UHGV virus genome: UHGV-2031204
Length of the DNA stretch: 64,000 nucleotides
Strand: one strand, 5' to 3'
Source: a virus
Shown here: positions 48,493 through 57,095 of the stretch, piece after piece
Position numbering within the stretch: the stretch's first letter is position 1
How the letters are laid out: each line of letters starts with the position of its first letter
Made by a program: the position numbers and the translations under genes
The notes under the pieces: model-generated
Told to the model about the DNA's origin: nothing
The model's input: only the letters and a program-made list of their open reading frames with translations
Databases searched by the model: none

Positions 48493-49151
48493 TGGGATTA
48501 TTCGATACCCTTGCGCAATTGGAAAAAGCGCAGGAAGAAGAGGTTATTCGCGTTGTGGGCGAATCCATTAAACGCGAAGTGGAAAAGGAATATTGCGTCT
48601 GGGTTAAACCTACGGAAGCGGGATGGGATTGGCTCCACGCACAGTCCGCTAAGATGTTCATGGACATTCTCATGCCGATAGAAGGCGGGCGTCGTCGTAT
48701 CCGTATTAAAGAAGACGGTACAGCACAGCTAACGCTTAAGCGTAAATTCCTGGATGGAAAAGTTGAAGAGAATTCGGATATCGGTATTAGTTCTGCACTC
48801 TCTTTTTACAAGGACGGTTATTTGGCACACCTGGTGAAACGTATTCACTTAGAACCGGGTGAATTAGCCGATAAAGGTGCTAAGCATTGGGATATTGATA
48901 TTTTCAGTATCACCACCGGACACCCCGCAATTGAAGTTTCGGGTGACTTTAACGATCTCCTCACTGAAATGCGTAGCAGTACCAGCGTCGGTGACTGGGT
49001 GAAAGTTGAACTGGAAGTCGAACGTTACGAGATTGCGGATGTTCTGTCTGTGATTCCGTTTGAGTTTGACGGCCATATTCCGGCTACGCCAAAAGATCCT
49101 GAAGACCAAGAATATCTTCGTGATTACTGGGATTCAGTTACCCGTATGTAA
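48492..49151 (+). CDS. hypothetical protein (219 aa)
   Basis: Track ORF; TAATG overlap; terminator after stop. Confidence 0.5.
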   Translation: MGLFDTLAQLEKAQEEEVIRVVGESIKREVEKEYCVWVKPTEAGWDWLHAQSAKMFMDILMPIEGGRRRIRIKEDGTAQLTLKRKFLDGKVEENSDIGISSALSFYKDGYLAHLVKRIHLEPGELADKGAKHWDIDIFSITTGHPAIEVSGDFNDLLTEMRSSTSVGDWVKVELEVERYEIADVLSVIPFEFDGHIPATPKDPEDQEYLRDYWDSVTRM

Positions 49152-49155
49152 CACC

Positions 49156-49196
49156 TACCCTACTCCTGACTAGGAGTAGGGTATTTTCATTTTTTA
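49156..49196 (+). terminator. intrinsic terminator (CCCTACTCC family)
   Basis: 12-bp stem TACCCTACTCCT/AGGAGTAGGGTA then TTTTCATTTTTT. Confidence 0.7.
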
Positions 49197-49214
49197 CCCT
49201 AAAGGAGAATTACC

Positions 49215-49583
49215 ATGCAAGCTCAGTTTTTTAGTACACCCAAAGGTTTCGGTTTTAAATTCCCTGAATTTGTTTTACCAAAACAAGTTATTGAGGTACC
49301 CTTCCCCCGTTATGTGCAATTAGGACTGCGCACTGTACTTGCCAACTTTTCGGGAAAGACTGTGGAATTTCGTGTGTGGGAAGGTTCGGGAAGTCCTGGC
49401 GGTGTTATGTTTGTTGATTACAATTGGATTAAAAGAACAGGTTTTCCGCTTGTACGAACAGTTGAGGCTGCTCGTGGATTACCCTTCCACGCTCTACTGG
49501 AAGATATAACGTTACCTGTAACTGGCGATTATTCTTCTCCTGCGGATGACGAATACCAAATTCATCTTGTTTTGTTGAAATGA
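49215..49583 (+). CDS. hypothetical protein (122 aa)
   Basis: Track ORF with AAGGAG RBS. Confidence 0.5.
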   Translation: MQAQFFSTPKGFGFKFPEFVLPKQVIEVPFPRYVQLGLRTVLANFSGKTVEFRVWEGSGSPGGVMFVDYNWIKRTGFPLVRTVEAARGLPFHALLEDITLPVTGDYSSPADDEYQIHLVLLK

Positions 49584-49643
49584 TTTTTACAGTTGGGAAC
49601 AGACTTATGTCTCCCAAGACTGCGTTTAAGTGGAGAAACAATT

Positions 49644-50108
49644 ATGCGTGGATATATTCTCGATCTTGCAATTTCTGTAGAAGAACTTGTGGAAAAACTC
49701 GGCGGTACCGGTCATGGGCTTCATGGGAAGACCAAAAGCATAGCTCATCTTCTCGAACCAAAATACGAACGGAAACTCCACATGATTGCTTCCGTTCGCA
49801 ACAAAGCCGCTCACAGGAGAGTTCTTCCCGATCGCATAGACGTCTATGAACAAGCTGTGGAAGAAACGAGGCTCTATTTAGAAGAACTGATTGGGGAAGA
49901 AGAACGGAAACGTCGTTGTGAAGAGGAAATAAATCCCAGCTGTCTGGAACGCGAAGCGATGTGGAGAGAACGGGCAGAAGAGGCCAAACGACGTAACGAA
50001 AAGAAAAGATGGGACGATATGAGTGTAATAGAAAAGATAGGTTGGGGTGCCGGGATTGCAATCGTGGGAGCTGCGGTTGCGTACCTTAAAATAAAGTCTC
50101 GTGACTAA
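49644..50108 (+). CDS. HEPN-like (Rx4H) protein with C-terminal TM helix (~154 aa)
   Basis: Track ORF from TTG 49593; GGAG RBS precedes in-frame ATG 49644; motif SVRNKAAH fits HEPN Rx4-6H; C-terminal hydrophobic IGWGAGIAIVGAAVAYL. Confidence 0.4.
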   Translation: MRGYILDLAISVEELVEKLGGTGHGLHGKTKSIAHLLEPKYERKLHMIASVRNKAAHRRVLPDRIDVYEQAVEETRLYLEELIGEEERKRRCEEEINPSCLEREAMWRERAEEAKRRNEKKRWDDMSVIEKIGWGAGIAIVGAAVAYLKIKSRD

Positions 50109-50122
50109 ATCGGGTATCGGAA

Positions 50123-50668
50123 ATGAAACAAATACAGTTAACTGATCACGTTAATGCGTTTAAACACTTTCTGGATAACGCGGGTATAAAACCTGGCGAA
50201 CAGACAGACGCATGGACTGCACGTGTTTATGGAAGTATTGGCAAAGTCTGTGAATCCACAACAACACACGATGGGTTGTTTGTTGCTAAAGCAGTAGGTA
50301 TTGCCTTGTGGGATCTTGCTGCCTTGGTTTACGTGATGAATAACGGGGATTTACGCCCCCTTGAAAAATCGTTACACAGACTACTAGCCATTAAGAAATG
50401 GAAAAACGAACATCCTGAAACAATCGCGGTGACGTTGATGCCAGAAGCGGTACTTGCCATCAAAGCGGTACGCAGTTGTACCGCACGCGCACAAATGGAG
50501 CGTCGACTACACCTCACGACGCTCTTTTATCAGTTGGCTAGAATTGTAAAGATGAACGGCCTAATCTTCGACCGGGTTCTACAAAACGGACGTATAAGTT
50601 GGACAGAAGAACTAAGCAGTTCTCCGTTCTATACAAAACTAAAGCTTAAAGACATTTTGAAGGATTAA
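50123..50668 (+). CDS. hypothetical protein (181 aa)
   Basis: Track ORF. Confidence 0.5.
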   Translation: MKQIQLTDHVNAFKHFLDNAGIKPGEQTDAWTARVYGSIGKVCESTTTHDGLFVAKAVGIALWDLAALVYVMNNGDLRPLEKSLHRLLAIKKWKNEHPETIAVTLMPEAVLAIKAVRSCTARAQMERRLHLTTLFYQLARIVKMNGLIFDRVLQNGRISWTEELSSSPFYTKLKLKDILKD

Positions 50669-50669
50669 C

Positions 50670-50978
50670 ATGGAAAACTATTCGGGTTGGGCAATTTCGC
50701 AGTGCATTGGTTATTCTTTACGTTCTTTAGTGCGTACACTTTATAACAAAAACTCAGGCGAAGCTATTACACCACAGTTACTGGGCAAATTGGAAGTCGA
50801 AGTTAACCACAAATTAAAGCAGTTACTCGACAGCCACGTAAGAACAATGCGTTGGGAGTTCTTGCTACGTGGTAAGAAGCCAACAATTACCGTTGTAGCA
50901 GAAGGCAGTGAAATCGTACTGCAATCCAACGCAGACCTATTTGAAATTTTAACTGAACTCGAAAGGGACAAAATCTGA
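50670..50978 (+). CDS. hypothetical protein (102 aa)
   Basis: Track ORF; tightly coupled to neighbours. Confidence 0.45.
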   Translation: MENYSGWAISQCIGYSLRSLVRTLYNKNSGEAITPQLLGKLEVEVNHKLKQLLDSHVRTMRWEFLLRGKKPTITVVAEGSEIVLQSNADLFEILTELERDKI

Positions 50979-51298
50979 TGGTTACGAACGACAATATCAA
51001 GAAAAAGATTGACGAAATTATAAGCGTCAGTTTAGATAGAATCGAATTAATTCCCGAAACTAAGGAGATCAAATATTACGTTCCTGCGGACGAACTATTT
51101 CCAGGTCTTCTTAGAATCTCACCAAAAAAGGTTGAAGAGGCTAAACGGCAATTCGAAGTTCGTGGCCTTAAGGTTGACATTGTTAACAAAAAACATTTCC
51201 ATGTAACGTATAGCCAGGAAAACATTATATTTAGTCCTGAACAAGCGCAACGTAATTTAGATATTTTAACGAAACGAATGGGGAATAATAACAAATGA
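50978..51298 (+). CDS. hypothetical protein (106 aa)
   Basis: Track ORF; overlaps thyA start. Confidence 0.45.
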   Translation: MVTNDNIKKKIDEIISVSLDRIELIPETKEIKYYVPADELFPGLLRISPKKVEEAKRQFEVRGLKVDIVNKKHFHVTYSQENIIFSPEQAQRNLDILTKRMGNNNK

Positions 51299-52329
51299 AA
51301 CAGTATTTAGCGTTAATGCAAGACATTCTGGATAACGGTGTTGTCAAGAAAGACCGCACAGGTGTAGGGACACTATCTGTATTTGGTCGTCAACTACGTT
51401 TTGATCTGAAAGAAGGTTTCCCATTAGTTACTACGAAGAAGGTTCACCTGAAAAGTATCATTCATGAACTGTTGTGGTTCTTAAACGGTGACACTAACGT
51501 GAAGTACCTGCAAGAGAACGGGGTAAAAATCTGGAACGAATGGAGTGATGAAGAGGGGAACTTAGGGCCAGTTTATGGTAAACAATGGCGCGAATGGCGC
51601 GACTGTAAAGTTGTGGAGTGTCATGACGTAAGACGTACACAACAACTAATGCAACGGGGTTACAAGTATATTGGGAATATGAAGGAAGATGGTACGACGT
51701 ATTTGGTTTATGAAAAACCACATGACCAGATCAGCAAAGTTATCCAACAACTTCGTGAAGACCCTGACTCCCGCCGTATTATCGTTAGCGCCTGGAATGT
51801 AGGTGACCTGGACGATATGGCACTTAATCCATGCCACAACTATTTCCAATTCTACACAACAGAAATGACGTTGCTTGAACGACTGGATTGGTACGAAGCA
51901 AATGAACCGGAAAAATTTGCGAACGCGCCACTTATTAATCACGAAGATATTGATGATGAAGAACGACTTCATGAAACTTTAGATCGTGAAGGTATCCCTC
52001 GTCGTAAGCTTTCATGTTTTTACATGATGCGCAGCAACGATGTCGCATTAGGAAAACCGTTCAACATCGCGTCATACGCTCTGTTAACTCATATAGTTGC
52101 CCAACAAGTGAATATGGTTCCCGATGAGTTAGTTTATAGTGGGGTCGATGTGCATTTATATCTGAACCACATCGATCAAATAAAACTCCAGTTGACTCGT
52201 GAGCCGTACCCGTTACCTAAATTGGTTATTAAACGTAAACCCGAATCTATCTTCGACTACAAATACGAGGACTTTGAAGTAGTCGGTTACCAATCACACC
52301 CACACATCGCCATGCCTGTCGCGGTGTAA
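51295..52329 (+). CDS. thyA: thymidylate synthase (ThyA-type, 344 aa, with two insertions)
   Basis: Collinear with E. coli ThyA (as I recall it): [65 protein letters not shown], catalytic [28 protein letters not shown]; ~32-aa and ~46-aa extra segments. Confidence 0.9.
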   Translation: MKQYLALMQDILDNGVVKKDRTGVGTLSVFGRQLRFDLKEGFPLVTTKKVHLKSIIHELLWFLNGDTNVKYLQENGVKIWNEWSDEEGNLGPVYGKQWREWRDCKVVECHDVRRTQQLMQRGYKYIGNMKEDGTTYLVYEKPHDQISKVIQQLREDPDSRRIIVSAWNVGDLDDMALNPCHNYFQFYTTEMTLLERLDWYEANEPEKFANAPLINHEDIDDEERLHETLDREGIPRRKLSCFYMMRSNDVALGKPFNIASYALLTHIVAQQVNMVPDELVYSGVDVHLYLNHIDQIKLQLTREPYPLPKLVIKRKPESIFDYKYEDFEVVGYQSHPHIAMPVAV

Positions 52330-52358
52330 ACTACCACTTAACTAAAAGGAATGATGAA

Positions 52359-52805
52359 ATGTCTAAAACTCATGTTAACTATAACATCGTAGTAGAAGAA
52401 TTATCAAAAGGTTTAACTGATCTGGATTCTAAAGATAATCCGTTTACCGATCGTTATGGAGCCAAAGCTTTATCTGAGTTCCGTACTATCCGCTACGGTA
52501 CAGGCAGACAGACAGGACTTACAGACTTTGCTGTCGAGTTAGCTAAGAACCATAAAGGGAAGGTATTATTCGTTAATCCAAAAGGGTTCTTAGAAGACGA
52601 TGTGCTGTTCCGTTTGGGTCTCGAAGACTTGCCGGAGAATATCACGCAAATCATCGGTTACCAAATGGGTACAGAAAAAGAAAAATACAGCCTTGTTATT
52701 GTAGATAACGCTGGGGTTTTCTTTAGCATTTTCCGTTACATGAAGTTCTTTCGCTTACTGGCAAACTCAGTAACTAAAGACGTTGTAATCCATTTAATGG
52801 GTTAA
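52359..52805 (+). CDS. hypothetical protein (148 aa)
   Basis: Track ORF with AAGGAAT RBS. Confidence 0.5.
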   Translation: MSKTHVNYNIVVEELSKGLTDLDSKDNPFTDRYGAKALSEFRTIRYGTGRQTGLTDFAVELAKNHKGKVLFVNPKGFLEDDVLFRLGLEDLPENITQIIGYQMGTEKEKYSLVIVDNAGVFFSIFRYMKFFRLLANSVTKDVVIHLMG

Positions 52806-52808
52806 TTA

Positions 52809-52976
52809 ATGATGTGGGAATTCTTTATGACGAATGATGTCATTAAAGTTACTATAAAGTATATCAATCTGAATAAGAGAATCCGTTGCAAAGTAAATCG
52901 TAAAGCTATCGCTAGTCGCTGGCGTAAAGGACCACACAAGGGTCGTAAACGCTTTCTGGCTTTTGGGGATGTCTGA
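52809..52976 (+). CDS. small basic protein (55 aa), tentative
   Basis: Not in track (<60 aa); hand translation MMWEFFMTNDVIKVTIKYINLNKRIRCKVNRKAIASRWRKGPHKGRKRFLAFGDV; stop overlaps next start (TGATG). Confidence 0.3.
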   Translation: MMWEFFMTNDVIKVTIKYINLNKRIRCKVNRKAIASRWRKGPHKGRKRFLAFGDV

Positions 52977-53338
52977 TGAAAAAACCACGATTTCACAGCC
53001 TGAGATTCTTTACAGGTGCTCTATATTTTGTTGGCTACAACCGTGTACGTAAGGGTCCTGGTAAATCGAAGATGCGCATCGTGCGATATAAAGAAACGCC
53101 ACCAGGTCTAGCACCGATGGCGAAACTTCTGTCGCCGTTCGCTAACCTTAAAATCAAAACTGTTAACCCCTTTGTAAGAAATTTGGGAACTAAAATGTCT
53201 GAAGAAGTTAAAGTAGAAACCGTTAAAGAAACTGATGAATTTGCAATCCCTGGGTTAGACCCGGAAGCTACCGTAGAGAAGGGTGCTGACCCAACTACGG
53301 AAGACGATAACTGCTCAGGCGGGGCTTGCAAAATTTAA
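52976..53338 (+). CDS. hypothetical protein (120 aa)
   Basis: Track ORF; terminator after stop. Confidence 0.45.
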   Translation: MKKPRFHSLRFFTGALYFVGYNRVRKGPGKSKMRIVRYKETPPGLAPMAKLLSPFANLKIKTVNPFVRNLGTKMSEEVKVETVKETDEFAIPGLDPEATVEKGADPTTEDDNCSGGACKI

Positions 53339-53346
53339 CAGTTCCT

Positions 53347-53388
53347 GGGGTGCTTATGTAGCACCCCTAATCCTTATTCTTTTTGTTT
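53347..53388 (+). terminator. intrinsic terminator
   Basis: Stem GGGGTGC/GCACCCC then T-rich run. Confidence 0.55.
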
Positions 53389-53407
53389 AATCTAATGGAG
53401 TTTTAAA

Positions 53408-54238
53408 ATGGGCGAACGTTTTGACATCAACACTATTTACAACATCGTAGTTAATCCTGGTCAGCACCTGGAAGAAGTTAACGCACAACTGCGCGCTCTG
53501 AATGAGAATGCAGTACAGTTCGATGCTATTTACACAATTGGTGTAAACCCTGGCACCAACCGTATTCGTGTAGAAGGTAAACGTCACACCGGTAATCAAG
53601 AACTGGACATCGAAACAATTGTAGCGCCTATTAAGCTTACCGATGCTGTTTACAACGGCACGGTAATGCATACAGAATCTGTTCCGGTCTACTCTATTGA
53701 AAACTGTGTAGAACGTGTTAAAGGTTGGTCTAAAGAACGTGGTATTCTCGACAACGGTAAACTGGAAACTCAAATCACAAAGTTCTATGAAGAATTTGGT
53801 GAGATTGCAACAGGTATCAGCAAAAACAAACCTGAACTGATCATGGACGGCATCGGCGATGCGTTGGTGGTTCTGGTAAACATCCTGGAACTGGATAAGG
53901 ACAGAGTGACTGGCGGAATGACAACCGCTGAAGTCATCGAACGCGGTTTACAATTGCAGGTAGATGATGTCGCTGACGTTGAAGAACGTTTAAACGATAC
54001 CAAATATCCACACCAGTTGTATTTAGAGGCTACCGAAATCTTCGCTACTGCGTTCTTACGTACTGAACTGGGTACTGTTACGTTAGGTTGGGCTTTACAT
54101 CGTCTTGCGCGACTCGCTCTCTATTATCGTCTTAACATTCGTCATTGTTTCTCTTTGGCCTGGCACGAAATCAAAGACCGTAAAGGTTATCTGAACGCCG
54201 ACGGTATCTTTGTAAAAGAAGCAGACCTGGCGAAATAA
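53408..54238 (+). CDS. MazG-like nucleotide pyrophosphohydrolase domain protein (276 aa)
   Basis: C-terminal half has the all-alpha NTP-PPase pattern EEFGEIATGI...ELIMDGIGDALVVLVNILELDKD; N-terminal ~100 aa has a duplicated IY.I.VNPG motif. Confidence 0.5.
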   Translation: MGERFDINTIYNIVVNPGQHLEEVNAQLRALNENAVQFDAIYTIGVNPGTNRIRVEGKRHTGNQELDIETIVAPIKLTDAVYNGTVMHTESVPVYSIENCVERVKGWSKERGILDNGKLETQITKFYEEFGEIATGISKNKPELIMDGIGDALVVLVNILELDKDRVTGGMTTAEVIERGLQLQVDDVADVEERLNDTKYPHQLYLEATEIFATAFLRTELGTVTLGWALHRLARLALYYRLNIRHCFSLAWHEIKDRKGYLNADGIFVKEADLAK

Positions 54239-54246
54239 ATAAAAGT

Positions 54247-54290
54247 ACCTACCTCCTTTCGGAGGTAGGTTAACTTTCTTATTTTTTTTC
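54247..54290. terminator. bidirectional intrinsic terminator
   Basis: Stem ACCTACCTCC/GGAGGTAGGT, loop TTTC, then ~25-nt T-rich tract; between convergent stops 54238 and 54296. Confidence 0.7.
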
Positions 54291-54295
54291 TTTTT

Positions 54296-54859
54296 TTAAG
54301 CGCCTGGAACAATCCCAGAAGAGATATACGTCAAACCGTCAAGTTCAGTGACTTTAATCAACTTCGAAATATCCTTACCGTCGGACGGCAGCTCTGTTAA
54401 GTACACCTCCAGCCGTCCTGTCCACGCCAAAGATGTCCCATTCATGGTAATGATGGTTTTATCTTTGCTGTCTGGTGCAGCTGTTGGGTTCTCAACTTCG
54501 TCGTCAGTAATCTGTAAATTGTACTTATTGCGGAAAAGCTGTAGTACCTCAGATACCGTAGCCGCATTAACACCCGCAACAGAAACTACAAAGTCACCTA
54601 AGAGGTGCTCTAAATCCAAACGACGATAAATAACGTCAATTTTACCAAACGTTTTCTGTTCAATAATTCCCTGGACGCTAAGTTGGGTATTTAATCGCGT
54701 AAATTGAGTTTCTGGTGTTTCTACCGCAGGAATATGTGACGGTGTACCAAAATTCAACTTATCGATTGTAATACCTTTCTCTACCAAACCAGGATTCTTT
54801 TTTACTAATAACTCATAAACCAGTTGTTTTCCTGATTTACCTAATAGCGTATTAGCCAT
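54296..54859 (-). CDS. hypothetical protein (187 aa), possibly virion-associated
   Basis: Track ORF; first gene of minus-strand right-hand block. Confidence 0.5.
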   Translation of the reverse strand: MANTLLGKSGKQLVYELLVKKNPGLVEKGITIDKLNFGTPSHIPAVETPETQFTRLNTQLSVQGIIEQKTFGKIDVIYRRLDLEHLLGDFVVSVAGVNAATVSEVLQLFRNKYNLQITDDEVENPTAAPDSKDKTIITMNGTSLAWTGRLEVYLTELPSDGKDISKLIKVTELDGLTYISSGIVPGA

Positions 54860-54875
54860 TATTTCCTCTCAAACA

Positions 54876-57047
54876 TTAACGTGCTTGCGGCAAGAAGATG
54901 TTCGCGATCTGGCGTGCTGGGATAACATCCAGTGCAGAGTTAATAAAACTACCCTGTGACCACGCGGATGCCCAGTTTTGTGCCCAGATGCTCGCATTAA
55001 TCTTGGCACGCGCAATGCCGTTAGTACGCTCGTACAACGTAGCACCACCTAAACACGCCATAAATTCACTAAATTTATTATCGTCATCCCACACACCTGT
55101 GTCGGTAACAATGGGCATGTACATAACGCGAGTCAAATCACGAATAGTAACAGAGATATCGCAAGACAGCGGAACGGAATCACCTGGCCGCCAACCTAAA
55201 CCACCCACACCGAATTGCAATGACATTGACGTCACCATCGCATTACGGAAAGAAAAGCGTCCTTGTGAGTAACACTCTAAATAGAACGGGTGAGTAAAAG
55301 ATTGTTTACCTGTAGCCAGCGGACAAACCGCAGCGATCCAGAATGACAGTGGAACGAGCAAGTCTTGGAAGATATCCAAATCGTTGCCAGACCAACAGCG
55401 TAACGGTATCGTTAACGTAATGTCATCACCCGACGCATCCGAACTGTCCCACACTTCTGGAAAGTCAATTACCGAAGAATTGTACAACGACATGATCCCT
55501 GTCAAATGTAAGGTGTCGGCAACGCCACGCATCGCGGACTTAATCCCGGAAACTAAAGCATCTACAGCGCTGAAACCCGTTTGACCACCGGATAAGTTGA
55601 CTTCTAACGAACGTGCTTTCGCGGTTAACGAGTTAACGGTACCAGAAATCTCTGGCTCTTTAGTAGAGTTAGAGAACGAACGAGAAACCGTGTCTTTAGC
55701 ATCGATACGCCACGATACCCATTGTGAACCATTACGGATTTCAGAAAGCGCATTTTCCTTAATACCGTCGATATAGTTTTTACCCATTTCGACGAAATCT
55801 TTAAAGAAACTACCTACATTTTCTTTAGAACCCGCATCTGCCCATTCTTGTATCTTAGCTATATCAGGGACATCCTCACCACCGATTTCGCTTTCAGCTT
55901 TTTCCGCAGCAGCCATGTTTGCTGCCATTGATTCTCGAAGTTTCTTTGTGTTCGCATCAATTTCATCTGCGGTACCGCCAGCGGTTAGTGTGCCAGTGAT
56001 CCCTTCAACCAACTTAGACTCTTGATCGTTAATATTTTCAAAAGGCGCTTTATAAGCGTTGTCTTTTTGAGCAACCGTTTCTAAGTCATGCAACGAAACT
56101 TCGAAACTACCCGCATCATTAATAACGCGTTTGGAGTACATCCCTTCGTTATAAAACGCACGTAGTTTTCTTGCAAATGCTTCTTCATCTCCACCGCTTT
56201 CAACACGCATTTGCTCTATGGCTTTGGTCTGATAATCCGCTAACGTTTGATAGCGGTTTATCATTCGATAAACGTCAAACTCCCCGTTATCTTTCCAGAT
56301 AGTAGGCAACGAAGCATACCAGTCTTGTTTATCATTGCTGTATGAATTTGTGCCATCGTCGGTATTTTCTTGTAGTTTGAAATTACCGAGCACGCCTGTG
56401 GGAACCAAACGACGATAAATAAGTTGCGTATTCAAGATGTTCTGTACAGCACGCAAATACAAATGCATCGTTGGCTTGACGTAATAGTAACGCGATGTTT
56501 GTTTGTTCAACACCGCTTTTAGAATTCGTGGTGTAATAAGAATAACCGCAAAGGCAACGGTACCTACAGTGGCCCATATTGCTGCTGCACCTAAATACGA
56601 AACCATCGTTCTCATCATACCTGGATAGTCACCAGTACGAGCCAAGTACGCTAGGTTGGAGTCGTACATGTTCGCAAAGAATGCGGCCATACCCAGATAT
56701 TTCGGTTTACCGAACCGACAGTGAACATAAAACGAATTCTGATTAATACTTTCGTAGAAATAAGTACCGAGTTTATACGAACCTGTTTCTCGGTTATTAG
56801 AGAATGTTTTGGTTTCGGCTCTCGGGTTGTCGGGTTGTGCAAATGCGCCAGTCGATGGCGGATCTGCAAACCATGTAAATTGGGGTGGTGTGTTAATCGC
56901 TTTACTGCCACCTAACGTGGTGTCCTCGAACGATAACATACCGTTGGAGTAGCGTCGCAAGGCCAGGAAACGTTCATCTCGGCCATCCAACACGCCGTTA
57001 AAGAGGCTTTTGACCCAGCTTGAGTCGTTAGCTGTTCTAGCGTCCAC
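54876..57047 (-). CDS. hypothetical protein (723 aa) with one hydrophobic segment, possibly internal virion protein
   Basis: Track ORF; GTG start with AGAGG RBS 7 nt upstream; TM-like AAAIWATVGTVAFAVILI. Confidence 0.55.
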   Translation of the reverse strand: MDARTANDSSWVKSLFNGVLDGRDERFLALRRYSNGMLSFEDTTLGGSKAINTPPQFTWFADPPSTGAFAQPDNPRAETKTFSNNRETGSYKLGTYFYESINQNSFYVHCRFGKPKYLGMAAFFANMYDSNLAYLARTGDYPGMMRTMVSYLGAAAIWATVGTVAFAVILITPRILKAVLNKQTSRYYYVKPTMHLYLRAVQNILNTQLIYRRLVPTGVLGNFKLQENTDDGTNSYSNDKQDWYASLPTIWKDNGEFDVYRMINRYQTLADYQTKAIEQMRVESGGDEEAFARKLRAFYNEGMYSKRVINDAGSFEVSLHDLETVAQKDNAYKAPFENINDQESKLVEGITGTLTAGGTADEIDANTKKLRESMAANMAAAEKAESEIGGEDVPDIAKIQEWADAGSKENVGSFFKDFVEMGKNYIDGIKENALSEIRNGSQWVSWRIDAKDTVSRSFSNSTKEPEISGTVNSLTAKARSLEVNLSGGQTGFSAVDALVSGIKSAMRGVADTLHLTGIMSLYNSSVIDFPEVWDSSDASGDDITLTIPLRCWSGNDLDIFQDLLVPLSFWIAAVCPLATGKQSFTHPFYLECYSQGRFSFRNAMVTSMSLQFGVGGLGWRPGDSVPLSCDISVTIRDLTRVMYMPIVTDTGVWDDDNKFSEFMACLGGATLYERTNGIARAKINASIWAQNWASAWSQGSFINSALDVIPARQIANIFLPQAR

Positions 57048-57054
57048 TTTATAC

Positions 57055-57087
57055 CTCTAAAAAAGTAGGGGGTAGGTAACTACCCCC
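57055..57087 (-). terminator. intrinsic terminator on minus strand
   Basis: Stem GGGGGTAG/CTACCCCC (57068-57087); minus-strand read gives hairpin then TACTTTTTTAGAG. Confidence 0.5.
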
Positions 57088-57095
57088 GATTACTG

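Noticed and set aside
49593-49643. TTG-initiated N-terminal extension of the HEPN-like ORF
   Set aside because: A GGAG RBS sits immediately upstream of the in-frame ATG at 49644, and the extension overlaps the end of the upstream gene; the shorter start is preferred.
51295-52329. Possible intron or intein in thymidylate synthase (as in T4 td)
   Set aside because: The extra segments are short, in-frame, lack intein block motifs (no Cys/Ser-His-Asn splice junctions), and the ORF is uninterrupted, so they are ordinary insertions.
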